A stretch of DNA of 64,000 bases from Azolla caroliniana (taxonomy: Eukaryota > Plantae > Polypodiophyta): the NCBI GenBank assembly GCA_043228905.1, contig JBHGNT010000015.1:8184001-8248000 (forward strand). Direction: 5' to 3'. The notes beneath the pieces were generated by a model. It did no database searches. It was not told the origin of the DNA and was given only the letters and a program-made list of their open reading frames with translations. How positions within the stretch are numbered: position 1 is the stretch's first letter; the number at the start of each line of letters is the position of its first letter. The position numbers and the translations under genes were made by a program. Below are positions 34,820 to 48,483 of this stretch, piece after piece.

Positions 34820-37800
34820 ACGGTCCGTATTAGAGAGATCTGCGACTCTCTTGCCTCCATCAACGTAACCATCGAGCAGGATGAGATGTTGCGGGTCTGT
34901 CTCGGGGTCCTAGTGTCAATGTTCAGAGCATTCCGGACGGTGGTATGTACAAGGGAGGATATACCTTCTTTTTCGACTTACAATCAATGGTCCTTATAAA
35001 GGAGAACCATGCAGGTGCGTCGACGAGTACACAACTGACATCAAGATGTTGTACATTGAGGAAGAGAGGCCCCGTGGTCGTGGTGGATGAAGCGTGTCGG
35101 CAAGCAATGGAAGTGGCTGCCAAGAACAAAACCGAAGGCTTAATTGAAATACAGACAACAATTCAGGACCCTCCAAAAATAGGACTCAAAGAGGCACCGA
35201 AAACCGACAAGGAAAGGCCGACACGGAATGCTAGTATTGTAGTCGGTAGGGCCACACATAGAGCGAGTGCTAGAAGAAAAGGCCGATTTGGACAAAGTCG
35301 GAGCGAGCCGGAGGGACGTAGATAGGCGTCACCGATCGCAATTCACCGGAGGCTCGGAGAGACCCGGGTTGGGACCGACCCTCGTAATGAAGCGTGAGGA
35401 CAACCGGATGGGAGCTTCTGACTCAAAGTTGGTAGAAGTTTGGTACGTGGACTCCGGAGATTCAAACCACATGACGAACCACAAAGAGTGGTTCTCCTTT
35501 CTTGAGAAGCCAGAGAAGCCGGGGGTGGTCGAAACAGGAGATGACACCGCACATCCCATCGAGCATATCGAGGATGTCCCTCTAAGCCATGTTGGCCAGA
35601 AGGGAATCATGAGGAACGTCTTGCATCTTCTGACCATCACCAAGAACTTGGTGTCGGTCGGTCAGATTGTGTATCAAGGAATGCATGTCCGATTTACTCA
35701 CCACAGATGCTTTATCGAGGAGGAAGGTCGGATAATCGCACAAGGGTGCCGAGATGGAAGAATGTTCATCCTTGAAAGAAATAGTGTAGGCATTGCTATG
35801 GCAGAAGCGGATTGGTCACATCAACTTCTTGAAGCATCACAAGATGCAGTCGAAACACGTGGTTTTCGGACTGCCAAAGTTTAGTGGCCAGAAAGGCCAA
35901 ATTTGTGAATCTTGCCAGCTAGGGAAGCAACATAGGCATCCATTCCCCAATGAGCAGAATCAAAGCATGAATCGGCTCGATTTTATCCATTTGGATGTGT
36001 CGGGACCGACACAAAACGTGAGCATCGGCGGGAGCTGATATTTTTCCTCCTTCATCGACGATTTCAGTCGACACACTTGGATCTATTTGATCGATAAAAA
36101 GACCGAAGTCTTCTCATGCTTCCGGGACCTAAAGAGTCATGTCGAATGAGAAACCAGAAGAAAGATCAAGTGTTTGAGATCAGATGGTGGAAAAGAATAT
36201 TTTTCTAGCCAGTTCACAAGTTATCTACAAACCAAGCAAATATTTCTCCTGTAGATACACCCCGGAGTAGAACGACGTGGCCGAACGTTAGAATTGGACA
36301 TTAGTAGAGGCTGCGAGGGTAATGTTGGAGGAGAAGAGCATGCCTCAGATTTATTGGGCTGAAACAATTCGAACAACCATCTACATAGAGAATCAGATTT
36401 CTGCCTCCGGGACGAAGGTGTCGCCGCACGAACTGTACTTCGAGCAGAAGTTGAACTTGGCACACCTTCGGGTATTGTTTTAGATGGTGGAAAAGAATAT
36501 TTTTCTAGCTAGTTCGAGTGGAAGCTGAACTTGGCACACCTTCGGGTATTCAGCAACATTGTAGATGTGCATGTACTGGATGAGAAGCAAAAGAAGCTAG
36601 ATGCCAAAGCTGAGAAGTGCATCTTGGTTGGCTACTTCGACAAGCGGAAGGGGTACAAGTGCTACAACCCCCGGTCAAAACAAGTCTGAGTTAGCTGCGA
36701 TGTCTTTTTTGACGAATCGACATCTTGGTACTTCTCATCACCCGAACCCGAGTCGATTGCTACGAACGAGGCGACATATTCCAGACCAGAGGGAAGCATA
36801 ACGGAATTTGATCAGCTGGACAGTCTGACTTCCCTCCGGATCAGTGGACGGAATCCGGATTGGTTGAGCCAGAGCGGCCAACCGAATAACGAACCGACGA
36901 GTAGTGAAGACTCGGTCATGTGCTCCTTGCACAAGGAACCGAGGAGACGGTTCACGTGCCAAGAGAAGGGAAGAAGAAGTTGTTAGAATATGACACCAGT
37001 AGAGACAAGTCAGATCGCAGCGAACCTGACTCCGGGAAGCAAGAAGATGGACCTCTAGAGAAGAGGTCAGAGTCGACCAAGAGGGCCATCAAATGGGTAG
37101 AGCAGAAATGTGCCGATCTACCCGCCAAAAGCATCTCGTAGTTCGGTACGGGTATAACGAGTATAAGACACATCATTATGCGTACATGGCAAAGGTGGCA
37201 GTTGTGCGTGAGCCAGAGAGCTACATAGAAATGACTAAGGACCCGAACTGGCAGAACGTTGTGGAGGAAGAGATGCACACACTCATGGAAAATGAGGGTC
37301 GATGTATCGAAAGAAGTAAAGCCGATCGGTTGCCGGTGGGTGTATAAAGTCAAATACAATGCCGACATCTCCGTTAATCGATACAATGCCCAATTGGTGG
37401 CAAAGGGCTACGCGCAATAGCACGACATTGATTACAATGAAACATATGCGCTGGTCACGAAGATGACGACCTTCCGTGTCTTGTTAGCGATGGTAGTGGC
37501 GAAGGGGTTGCATCTACATCAGATGGATGTGAAAAACACGTTTCTACAAGGTGATATTGAGGAACAAGTGTATATGATTCAGCCTCCCGGATTTAAGTCT
37601 GGTATGAACATGTTGACTGAAGAAGTCCCTATATGGAATTAAGCAAGCCCCACGATCATGGAATGCAAAAATCATGCATAGACTGCGTCTGATGGGGTTT
37701 GCGTCGTCAAAATCAGACTCTTCACTCTTCATCCGGCATGGTCAGAACAGGCCGGTGAGCATTTTGCTCTATGTGGATGACCTTGTCATCGCCGAAGCCG

Positions 37801-38584
37801 ACTCAGAAGAAATCAACGGCGTCAAGTCCGAACTCACGCCATCATTTGAAATGAAGGATCTTGGTGAGCTTCATTACTTCCTAGGGATCGAAGTGATCCG
37901 TACCCCCGAAGGCATACTGATTAGCCATCAACATTATGTGTTGAGTATCGTCTTCAAGTTCAGAATGACGGAATGCAAATGCATCTCAACTCCTCTCCTT
38001 TGGATAGGAATGTGAGGCTTCGCCCCGACTCCAGAACAACATGCGACCCAAAACGGTTTCTGTAGATTGTCGAGAGCCTTATCTACTTGACCATCACTCG
38101 GTTGAACCTCAACTATCTGGTTCGCTTGATCAATCAATTTATGGTGCATCCGACCGTGGAGCACCTTCAGTGCACACAACAAATACTCAGGTATGTCAGC
38201 GACACTAAGGACAAGGGGTTGTTGTATCAGGCTGGTATAATGGATGCAAATTGGACCGGAAATGCCGGCGACCACAAGTCAACATCTCGATTCTTGTTTT
38301 CACTTGGAAGTGCCACGGTTGCCTAGACCAGCAAAAAGCAGCCAATAGTAGGACTGTCAAGCACTGAGGCCGAGTATAGAGGAGCAGTTGTCGCAACATG
38401 CGAGGCCATTTGGCTCAAACAGTTATTGAAGGATATGCAGTTGGAGGTGTCCAATCCGACGACGATCTACTAAGATAACCTCAGCAACATTCAATTGGCG
38501 AAGAACCCCATCTTCCATGCCTAGACAAAGCACATTTAGGTGCATTACCATTTTGTCCGAGAATGAGTCCTCTCCGGTGAAGTT
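34820..38584 (+). mobile_element. degenerate Ty1/copia internal region (gag-PR-IN-RT-RH), truncated by the next insertion
   Basis: VWYVDSGDSNHMT, CESCQLGKQ, LLYVDDL, FEMKDLGELHYFLG, LSSTEAEY. The left boundary is approximate. Confidence 0.88.
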
Positions 38585-38957
38585 TGTTGAGATACAAGCT
38601 CAACATTGAGTGTGTAAACGGGTGCATAACCCATTGCGTAGATTTTGTGCGTAAAACTGTACGCACAACATGGCCGTAGCAGTGGGTAAACGGAGAGGCC
38701 GTTAGAATGATATTCCTCGTAAGGAATAATTTTGGGAGTGTGTAGGATGCTCATATATGAGCGGTCAAGTACTGTAAGTACTTGTGTCAGCCCAATAGTC
38801 AGGGCTTGTATAAAAGGTGCTCATTGAGCACGAAGTATGTACAAAGTGTTATTTTTTCTCTTATAGAATTGTTGTCTGCTCTCTCTCTGTCTCTCTCTCT
38901 CACTCATTCTCTCTGTGTTCTATGCGTCTACCGAATTGCGTACTCTGTGTCTTACGA

Positions 38958-41900
38958 TGTCGCGGTATTCCGTGAGTACGTGTAAGATCTTAGGCGGGAC
39001 CGCGGGGGTCTTGGACTAGGGAGTAGAGGGGGAATGGAAGCTTAGATCGAGAGGAGAGGAGAAAGATTAGGACATAAACCTAGAATGGATGGAACAAGAA
39101 GATAGATGGAGGAAGAAACACAACAAGTTATATTAAGACTCCGCGAACGATTACAACCATGGCCGCATAGGCCACACCAAAATGACTACAAGAAAACCCT
39201 AACCGGATAAGTAAAGTAAAGAAGATGATGAAGAAGAAACCCCAAGCGAAACCCTAAACCCTTACTCTATACAATGTGGGATAAATTCTCCACCTTATTC
39301 TATACACTATTTTCCTACTATACATGTGCACATGTTGCACCTTGCCGACTTGCCCATTCCATCTCGGTTTCATACCAAAGCCGGAAATCTTCACGACTTC
39401 CACCCCCACCAAACTGCACATCCACTGGTATGTGCCATGAAAGGAAAAGGTGAGAGATTTCGGCGATGGTGATCAACCGGGTTCTCCGTTGTCCCAGCAC
39501 CCGACCGTCTTGCCGACTCCTACCAACTCCGATCCGTCGACTTCTGAGAGCGCGCCTCCGCGGCTATCCTTGTTGACCTTGTTCAACTTTGTCTTCCATT
39601 TTGAGCATACTCGTCCCTTCCACACGAACCACCGTAGCCTCCCGTTTCACCATATCTGCTGCACGTCCCCAAACCGTCGGCTCCATCCAATCCGCCATAT
39701 CCAACACTCACACCTTCTTCCCCGATCGGTCCTCCCAAACACCATTGCCAATCCGGTCGCTCCTCCTTTGTCCGCCGTGTATGCCCTCCGATTAGGCCCC
39801 CGGTCACTCCGGTTATACACCGGATTCTGCGCCTTGTGTGTCGCATGTGTCCCTCCTTTGGTTCGACCATCTCCTCATCCCGAGCACCTCGGCATGCCAT
39901 CTCTCACTGTTCCACGCTTGCCTTCCGTAGGCTCTTCCCGTGTGTCGATGTCGTCCTTCGAATACGCGCTTGTTCTTCGGTCCTTAGGTGACCCCATTAC
40001 GCGCTCCTCGTTTCTCCCTTGCTCGCCTTGCTCTCTCGCGGTAGGGCGTATCGTCATCCCGACCTTCGTGTCGGGGTCCTTTACGGCTCTCGTTACCGCT
40101 TCATCCCGACTCGCGTCCTCTTGGCCCGCTTGGCCTCGCATGTCCTCCGGGACGCCGCCTTTTCTCTTCCCGCAACATCCTCCGCTCTCGCCATTCATCC
40201 GCCGATCCCGACAACTCACCACTCCGCCTTCCGTCCCATGCTTACCTCTCAAAGGCTCGTCCGGATTGCTATCACCGGTCACTCGTTGCCGCTCTTCTAG
40301 GTGCATGCTTGTTTCTTGGCCCTTCGCCGGCCTTAGTGCATGCTCCGTTTCACGCCCTTTACTCGCCGTAGTCCCGAACTCCACGTTGGCCTCTTCTTTC
40401 TTCGTTTTTGTAGTCCTTTCCGGCTCCGTTTGGCCCTCTTGGTGTTACCGGCCGGCAAGGAGTCCAAAATACGGAGTGAAGGAATTAATTAGATATGGTT
40501 GTAAATGAGCATAGTGTGGACGGACGGACTGGAAACGGTATGCCGTTCCAGATCCGGACGGATCCCGAATAGGTGCGAGAGGCACCGTTTTGTACTACGG
40601 ACCGGAAACCTATTTAAAGGCCCGGACCCCATTGTAATGACAGCGGATAATTAATAGAGCTTATGTTGTTTATACTTCTGTCTTGATTTCCGTTCTGTAA
40701 TTACTGTTATATCTTACGTGTGTAATCAACCGAAGCATTCTAATCGTGTAACCTATGTAAGTCGGTGTAATCGTTGAATCTTAATCCTATGCCGTAATCA
40801 CCCTTTGGTGAAGTGTCTCCGTGACACCTTGTGTTAGGCCTTGTCCGGCTAAGAGAATAACACTTGGCCCCGCTCGTCCGTCTTTCTGCACTAGATACCC
40901 GTGTTGGTAACCTCGTCCGCTCCACCCTCCGACTCCTCCTCACCACCTGCCGTCTCTTCGGTCTTACGTCGATCTGCAACCGCCGAAGTCTCTAGAATAG
41001 GTGTGGAGGGTTCCTCTTGTTTCCGGTCTTCCACTGAACCGTAGTCGATGCGCCCGCTTGGCCTCCTTCTCGCGCTCACCGGCTCCCACTGCGTGTCGTG
41101 GCTCGTGTACCTCGACCTCCAATCATGTTGGCATAGCCCTTGCCCGGATCGGTCTCGGCCAATCGGGTTCCGGTTCGGTTGGCTCTCTTCCATGATCGTA
41201 ATCGGTTGGTACGGGTTCGACCGAACAATCCCGGCCTTGTCGGCTCTTCTTCGGTTCGGGCCCGGTTGACCGACCCCCACTCCAATCTTCTTCTACGTCG
41301 TCTTCTAGTCGTGTCGGATTACCGACCAGTATGTCTTCCGATCGGGTCGGTTCCCGACTCTCTCCTCTTTGCCACTCCCGGCCTCTCCTTCGGTCCCTTT
41401 GGATATGCCCGTTCTGGGCCTCACATCCTCTTCGTATGTGCCCGCTCCAGGCTACGCCTCCTCACGGCCACCACCCATCTCTCCGGTCTTATGTCCACAC
41501 TCGAGCGCAACCGTCGTAGTCCCCGGCCCTGGTGTCGAGGGATCTCTCCTCCGTCCGTTACAATCTTCCTCGTTCTCGTTTCGGTCACCTGCCTTGCCGC
41601 CGCCATCGTTCAACACTCTGGGTCTCACGCCGGCACTCGGGCCGACCATTGGAGTCTCTAGAACCGGTGTGGGCAAGGTCCCGGCACCACCGCTCGTCAT
41701 GTCTGTAGCCACCTCCGTCCGGACGTCGTTGTCCGCGGCTACCCCGTCCCCAATTACGCAAGCCTTGATTATGCTTGCCTCCTCCTCTTCCTCGTTCTCC
41801 TTGTCATCGTCTTGGTGGCCTGCCTTGCTGTCGCCATTGTCCGTCACTCTAGGTCTCACGTCAGCACTCAGGCCGACCGCCGGAGTCTCTCGAATCGGTG

Positions 41901-43243
41901 TGGGTAAGGTCCCAACACCGCCGCTCGTCTCCTCCCCGCTTGATGTTTCGGGCCACCGTGTCCCGAATCCTCCGCTCACTCTCGAAGTGGTGGTCCCCGC
42001 TCCATAGTCACCGGCCTCATCCATGGTTGTCCTTTCACCGTAAGACGAGAGGGTCGCTTGCTCCGCACCCTCTCCATCGTCACCGTCATACGCTCTTTCG
42101 GCCTCCGCATAGGCCCCATCCTCCACGCGTAGGGAGGCTTCTTCCTCCGCATCCTCCGATCCTCTCGGGCCCAACTCCACAATAGACCCTCCTCCTTCAG
42201 CTTCGAACTTCACCTTCACGCTCTCGTATGCCTCCCATACCAACGCCTCTAGGTCGTACTCCTCTGATCCATCACGCATCGAGCTCTCCTCCGGCGGTAG
42301 TGCATAGTCACTCATCACCCTCTCTTGTCCGCCGCTCATGGGCCGTGTTGTGGCCGACCGCTTCGCATCGTCTTGCCGGCATACCCACTCCGGTTTCGCG
42401 TACCCGTACGCCTCCAATAAAGCTCCCTCAAAGGACCCCCACAAATCGTGAGCTTCTCGAAGCTCCTTGACCTCTCTATGCGTCGATACGGCCGCCACTC
42501 GACAAAAGTATTCTAGCCTCATTGTTCGTCCACACCCCTCTTCGTCATCTCGGCATTGTACGCTTCTAAGAATCTCAAGACATCATCCTCGTTGAACCGG
42601 CCGACTCGATTGACCACGCTCTCGACGGTTTGTTGAGCCACATCTCGCCTCACCTTCTTCCGCCTAGCATCCATCACAATCTTTGCCATCATTTCCGCGA
42701 AGTCAAATTCTTCGTCTTCCATCTCTGTACTCCCTTGCCGCCTATTCACGTTAGGTTCACCAAAGATGTCGTGGTACTCTGAGAGTACGTGTAAGATCTT
42801 AGACGGGACCGCGGGGGTCTTGGACTAGGGAGTAGAGGGGGAATGGAAGCTTAGCTTGAGAGGAGAGGAGAAAGATTAGGACATAAACATAGAATGGATA
42901 AGTAAATAAAAGAAGAGGATGAAGAAGAAACCCTAAGCGAAACCCTAAACTTGAAATGGTATGAAGAAGAAGAAGAATAGTAAAACCCTAGATGAAACCC
43001 TAAAACCGAAATAGAAACCCTCGACCTAAGTGGTATACCCTTCTCACTCAAAATAGGCAACCCCTTTACAAGAGACCCCTCCCTTCCTTTTATAGCCTAA
43101 GGAGGGAGAGACGTTAAAATGTGGGATAAATTCTCCCCCTTATTCTATACACTATTTTCCTACTATACATGTGCACGTGTTGCACCTTGCTGACTTGCCC
43201 ATTCCACCCCGGTTTCACACCAAAGCTGGAAATCTTCACGACC
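38958..43243 (-). mobile_element. non-autonomous LTR element related to the Trp-primed gypsy family (gag N-terminus plus low-complexity tail, no pol)
   Basis: LTRs 38958-39398 and 42767-43243. PBS 42745-42762 (16/18 to the Trp PBS). The PPT region resembles 48411-48450. VGRFNEDDVLRFLEAYNAEM is homologous to the family gag. Confidence 0.85.
40443..40862 (+). mobile_element. solo LTR, same family as the LTR at 55414-55855
   Basis: TGTTACCGGCCGGCAAG...AATAACA with a perfect TSD CTTGG. Confidence 0.92.
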
Positions 43244-45071
43244 ACGCATACGCTTCCGCACACGTATTCTTTTACATGGTATCAGAGGGCGAGGGTTGAG
43301 ACTCCTCTGCATCCAACAGAAAAGCTTGTGATAAAGACAAAACTAAGCTATTGTCTTCGGAAAGGATAAGACAACAATATGGATAGAGGAATGGGAAGCT
43401 CGACAGGTGCAACTACACATCTTGGTTTTACAAGATGCACCAATAGTTGCTTGGTCATGGTTACTGGACTTATGTCGAAGGAGCTAATGATACAACACCC
43501 AAATCGACACACAGAGATTTTTCGGCTTGGGAGAGTTCTTTACTGATTCGCATCCTGTGTGAGAGACCAACTCTTGAGCTACATTCGGGATGCTAAGACG
43601 CCAAAGGACGCATGGGCGAATCTCAAGGGGATTTTCGCTGCTAGCACAATGCCAAGGAAACTGCAGATTAGCCAGGAGCTCAACAATGTCCGACATAAAG
43701 ATCTATCTATGGCCGATCACATGGCCAGAATTAAGGAGATCTATGACTCTCTTGCCTTCGTCAACGTGAACGTCGAGGACGAAATGGTGCAAGTTTTTCA
43801 TGGAGGGTTAGCATCAAAGTTTGGAGCATTCCGAATGGCGATCTGCATGAGGGAGAATACGCCTTCGTTCTTCGAGCTTCAATCGATGTTGCTCGTGGAG
43901 GAAAATCACGCGGGTGCGTCAAAGAGTACGCACCCCGACAACAAGATGTTGTACACGGAGGAGGATAGGCCCCGTGGCCATGGCGGACGAGGCGGATCAG
44001 CGCGCAATGGAGGCGGCCGAAAAGAGCAGAGCGTGCGGCATGATAGAAATGCCGGAAGCAATTCCGAACCCTTCGAAAGTAGGGGGAGTCATGGCGGCGC
44101 AGGAAGCTGACAAGAGAAGGCCGCGACGGAATGTTGGTACTATGGCAAGAAAGGCCATAGGGAGAGCGAGTGCTAGAAGAAGAGAGCCAATTCGGACAAT
44201 GCCGGATCGAGCAGAAGAGATGCAGAGTGGCATCAAATGTCGCTCTACGTTGAGGAGCGGGCCCAACCTTCGTAATGAAGCACATGGCCAATTCAATGGT
44301 CGTGAACACCTTGAAATCGAGCGAGGTGTGGTATGTTGATTCCGGAGCGTCAAATCATATGAAGAGCCACGAGGAATGGTTCTCGTACTTGGAGAAACCG
44401 GGAAAGCAAGGAGTGGTCAAAACCGGAGACGACACTCCGCATACCATAGAACATGTCGGCAAAGTTCCCCTCAGCTACGTCGGGCAGAAAGGGAAACTCA
44501 TGAATGTACTGCACATTGTCGTGAAGAAAACCAACCAGAAGTGGAATTGGCGAAGCAAGGCGCATGACCCGGGCCTACACTTTCCCACACCAATTGATAC
44601 CTTGTAAATAACTAAGAGTAGGACAGTGGGAGCAAAGAGACTAGATGTGACGCATCAAATGTCTAGGAAATCAAGGAGTATCTCTACCCGAAAGGACAAA
44701 GAATAAATTGATGAAAACAAGGGTGCAACGGCCTGCCTCGATGGCCTATAAAAGGGAAGGAAGAAGGCGGATGAAAAAATCGCGTTTTGGGGAGCGAGGA
44801 TGGAGTGATGTCGAACCGTGACCGAGCTCTCTCCTCCATCGTTCGTCTTTCTCTATAGGATTTCGGCCTGTGTTGCCTCTGCTTCGTGGACAACCCGTGT
44901 GCTTCCGACAGAGGCTCCAATGTACAGTCGGGCTGTGTGCGTGCGTGAGCATCGTGTGTGTGTGTGTTCGCTTGAGTGGGGTTTGTCGCCGACTTGCCGG
45001 TTGTAATCGTTATTGATTTATAATTAAGACATTGTTCTCCCTCTCTTTCTCCCTCTGTGTTTCTGCAAGCT

Positions 45072-45105
<34 letters not shown>

Positions 45106-45182
45106 TTCTCACGCTCCTTGGTACAAGGCCCCCGCGGTCCCGCCTCTTTCCACACACGTAGAGCACAACAACCCGACATATT

Positions 45183-45200
45183 TGGTGAACCCGACGTGAA
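45183..45200 (+). promoter_or_regulatory. PBS complementary to plant cytosolic tRNA-Trp (also 54063-54080 minus, 60669-60686 plus)
   Basis: TGGTGAACCCGACGTGAA is the reverse complement of the tRNA-Trp 3' end TTCACGTCGGGTTCACCA (recalled sequence). Confidence 0.85.
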
Positions 45201-48200
45201 ATAGGCGGCAAAGGAGTGAAGGATGAGGGGATCCGAGCTTGCTAAACCTATGGCCGTAGCCGTCGACTGGCTAGTGAGTGCTCCCGAGGGAACGGGTGCC
45301 CTCGACAGGGCCATTGAGTCGATCGTCGGCACCATAGGTCGATTCGGTGGGAAGAATTCCATGAGCTACTTGGAGGCCTACCGGGCCGAAATGATCATGA
45401 GGGATATCTCGGTGGACAGGCAGCTGTCCGGATTCCCTCAGGTGGTGACGCCGAGCATCCACGCGGAGGTGCTCGAGATGTTGGCCGGGTGCCAGACTTG
45501 GGAGGAGTTCGAGCTACGGCTCCTTGAGATGTATGGGTTTGATGACTCGCTCTGGATGTCGAAGCGAGAATTCATGACGTGGGTTGAGAGCCCTGGGAAG
45601 GGGAGGAACGCGTCGGCGCTCCTCCAAGAATTCGAGAAACGGTTCACACAGCTGTCAATGCTAGGTTCTACTATTCGTCAAGTCGGTGGACGCCATGGTC
45701 TGGGAGAAGGTGGGTCTCCTGTTGGAAACGGATGAAGGGCTCACGGCAGACTGGGCCATGGTAAGGAGGGTCTGCGATCGTTTTGACAAGCGGTGCGAGT
45801 GGAGCGACGAGGGCTCGTCAGCGGCAAGGCCAGTCCCAACGAGAGAGCTCGAGGAGCCGGTGTCGGTACCGACTAGGAAGGAAGAAACTCAGAGTTGGCT
45901 TGAGATGGGATCAGCCCGGAGCAGAGTGGTCAAAGTTCCCTCCGGAGGCGCAGTTCTTGAGGAGCTGTCGCAGATGGTGCGAGATCTCCAAATCGCACAG
46001 GCCCGGAGGGACAACGGCGAACAGTCTCGTGACCGAAGGCCGCTGGTGGGGCAGCGGTGCATGTGGTGCGACGTGGTTGGCCACGTCCGGAAAGAATGCG
46101 CGGATTTTGCCGAGGCGCTTGGGACCAACGTGGTGTACCTCTGGAACGGGCTAGTGCACGTGAGCGAGACCCGGAAAGCCCTAGAGTTGAATACGGGGCG
46201 CGGCGAAATGAAGCGGTTGATGGAAGAGGCCGCGACACGACATGCAGAGGCCGTTAACTACTCGACGTTGGCGGGAATCCGGGTCGAGGGTGATGAGGCC
46301 CGGAAAGCGAAGGACTCTGGATTCTGGCCGTTGGTGCTAGAGGGTCTCTCTGGAGTACGACTAAAGAAGGAAGAGGCAGACCGCGTGGAATAGCGGATCC
46401 GGGAGGGCACCAGATGGGACGACCCGGTGGAAGAAAACACTGGCTTTGTGGCAGCCGCATGCCAGAACTACGAGGTTCTGGTAGAAGACAAGCGCGCAGG
46501 AAAGGCTAGAGGGGTCGGGCCCTTGCAGTGCTACGAGACCCGGTTCGGACCATAGTCGAATGAGGCCGCCAACGACGGCGTGCCGGAGAAAAAGAAGCAG
46601 GCCGGCTTCCGGTTGAGCACCGAAATCGAGTGAACAACGGACCTACGGAAGGTCCTGGAAGAGAGAATTCTCGACAACAAGGTTGAGCTGTCATTACGGG
46701 AGGTGCTGGGAATTGCCACGAAAGAGTTCCACGACTCCATCGTGGACTTGGTGAAGCGGAAGAGGCTCATGACGGAGCCGGAACCGGAGAGGCCGGGTGA
46801 AGTGCGGACAACGCACTTAGAAGACACGGCCCTAGAGGATGAGTTGGCGGAAAGCCACTACGCGAAGCCGCATTGGGCTAGGGCCACTACGGAAACCCCT
46901 GTTCGGATCGGCGACATCCAGGAGCCGGTGGTGGCATTGGTAGACCACGGTTCGGAGATTAACCTGATGTCCATGGATTTCTATAAAAAGGCGAAATGGC
47001 CGATCAACACCAAGCACGGGTGGAAGATACGTGCGGCAACACACGCTACAGAGGAGCTGCATGGTGCATGCCCAAACGTACGCGTGAAGATCGACGACGT
47101 CGAGATAGATCAGCATTTCTTCGTGCAGGAGACTTCCTCGCACCCGGTAACTCTCGGCGAACCGTACATTACGGCAGCACACATGGAGACAAAAGTACTA
47201 GACAATGGTTCGGTGTATGCTCGCGTCAAGAGCCAAGACGGTCGGCATTCCATACAATTCATGACAGTGCGACCCAACCACGAGCGAAACTGTGAGACCC
47301 TCGACGCCGACAGCCGAGGGGACTTTTAGAAAGGGCTATCAAGGCGTGGGGCCGCGATATTCCGGACACCTCGGAAAAACCCCACACATGTATTATAGGT
47401 AGGAAATTTTGGCTCTCCGAAAACGGAGGTTGGACACTAACCGACATCAGTAGCCAGGAGAGGAAGTGGGCAGAGAGACAACTTAGGGAGTGTGGAGTCC
47501 TCTCCCCCGACGAAGAAATTAGCGGTGCCGTGGAGGTGGTCTCTTTTGACGACACCTTGGGCGAATTATGAGAGGTGGTCAGTAAAGGCCTTAGCGAAGA
47601 CCGGACCATTCCGGTTAGCTCGATGGGTATGTACGAAGTCATCGCAGACTTCGGGGAGAGGATCGGGCCAGATCGAACGGCCCGCGTGGATACAAAGTAC
47701 AAGACTGTGAACTTGAAGGTGAGGCCAGTTGCGGCACCCTTGCCGGCGGGCAGCGGAGAGCGGATAAAGAGGGTCGTGTCAGACCCAAGTTTACGGTGTC
47801 GAGGTATTCCTCGCGGATGCGTGGAATGAGGCGGGACCTCGGGGGTCCTGTACCGAAGAGCAAGAGAGAAAGGAGAAGAGACCCACTACGTGCGAGAGTA
47901 GATTCACAGGGACACGGCCCTTCGACATAAAGACGCGAGTGGGACAGCGACACAGAGAGACACGAATGTATGTATGTATTAACAAAGACAAACGACAAAA
48001 CGGGAAGTCGGTTACAACCGAACAGGCCGGCGAACAGATGCCGATACCTGTTCGTAAACACACAGAAAGGAAGGAGTAGGTTGGAGGTGCTGCCGGAAGC
48101 ACTCGGGCATTCCTCAGAGCAGCGCGAGCCTCCCGAAACCTACACAGAAGGAAGCTATGGAGCTTGCGAACCAGAGAGAGAGAGAGAGAAGCCTTCGCAC

Positions 48201-48483
48201 ACAAACCGACAACACTTCTTCCTTGACTCTCCGCGATCACATCCCCCTTCGCGTCTCCCTCCTTTTATAGGCAAGGAAGGAGCCGTTTCCCCTTTACTTC
48301 CTACCCACTAAATCTACTTGCCAAGGATCTTCTATGGACAACATTCGGGAAGAGCTGGTTCCTATGCTCCTGTGCACCGATTCCGCTTGTGGACGGTTTT
48401 CTTCACGACATCCGCCCCCACCTAACTGTGCATCCACCGGCATGCGCCAAATTGAGTTGGGACGGAGAAAACCGGTCTAGCCT

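Larger units (their letters stand above)
38585..44516 (+). mobile_element. Ty1/copia: 5' LTR (38585-43276, split by insertion 38958-43243), PBS 43277-43287, gag-protease; interrupted at 44517
   Basis: TGTTGAG start without a PPT inside the host RNase H. ...TTTACA TGGTATCAGAG. gag ENTPSFFELQSM and VWYVDSGASNHM. Confidence 0.87.

Noticed and set aside
38585-38957. 3' LTR of the 34820-38584 copia (tandem element sharing an LTR)
   Set aside because: There is no PPT and RNase H is cut mid-domain. The LTR is followed by PBS and gag, so it is the 5' LTR of a nested insertion.
39450-41661. plus-strand ORFs of 170-350 aa
   Set aside because: They are GC-rich antisense shadows of the non-autonomous element's internal region, with no domains, and one ends inside a solo LTR.
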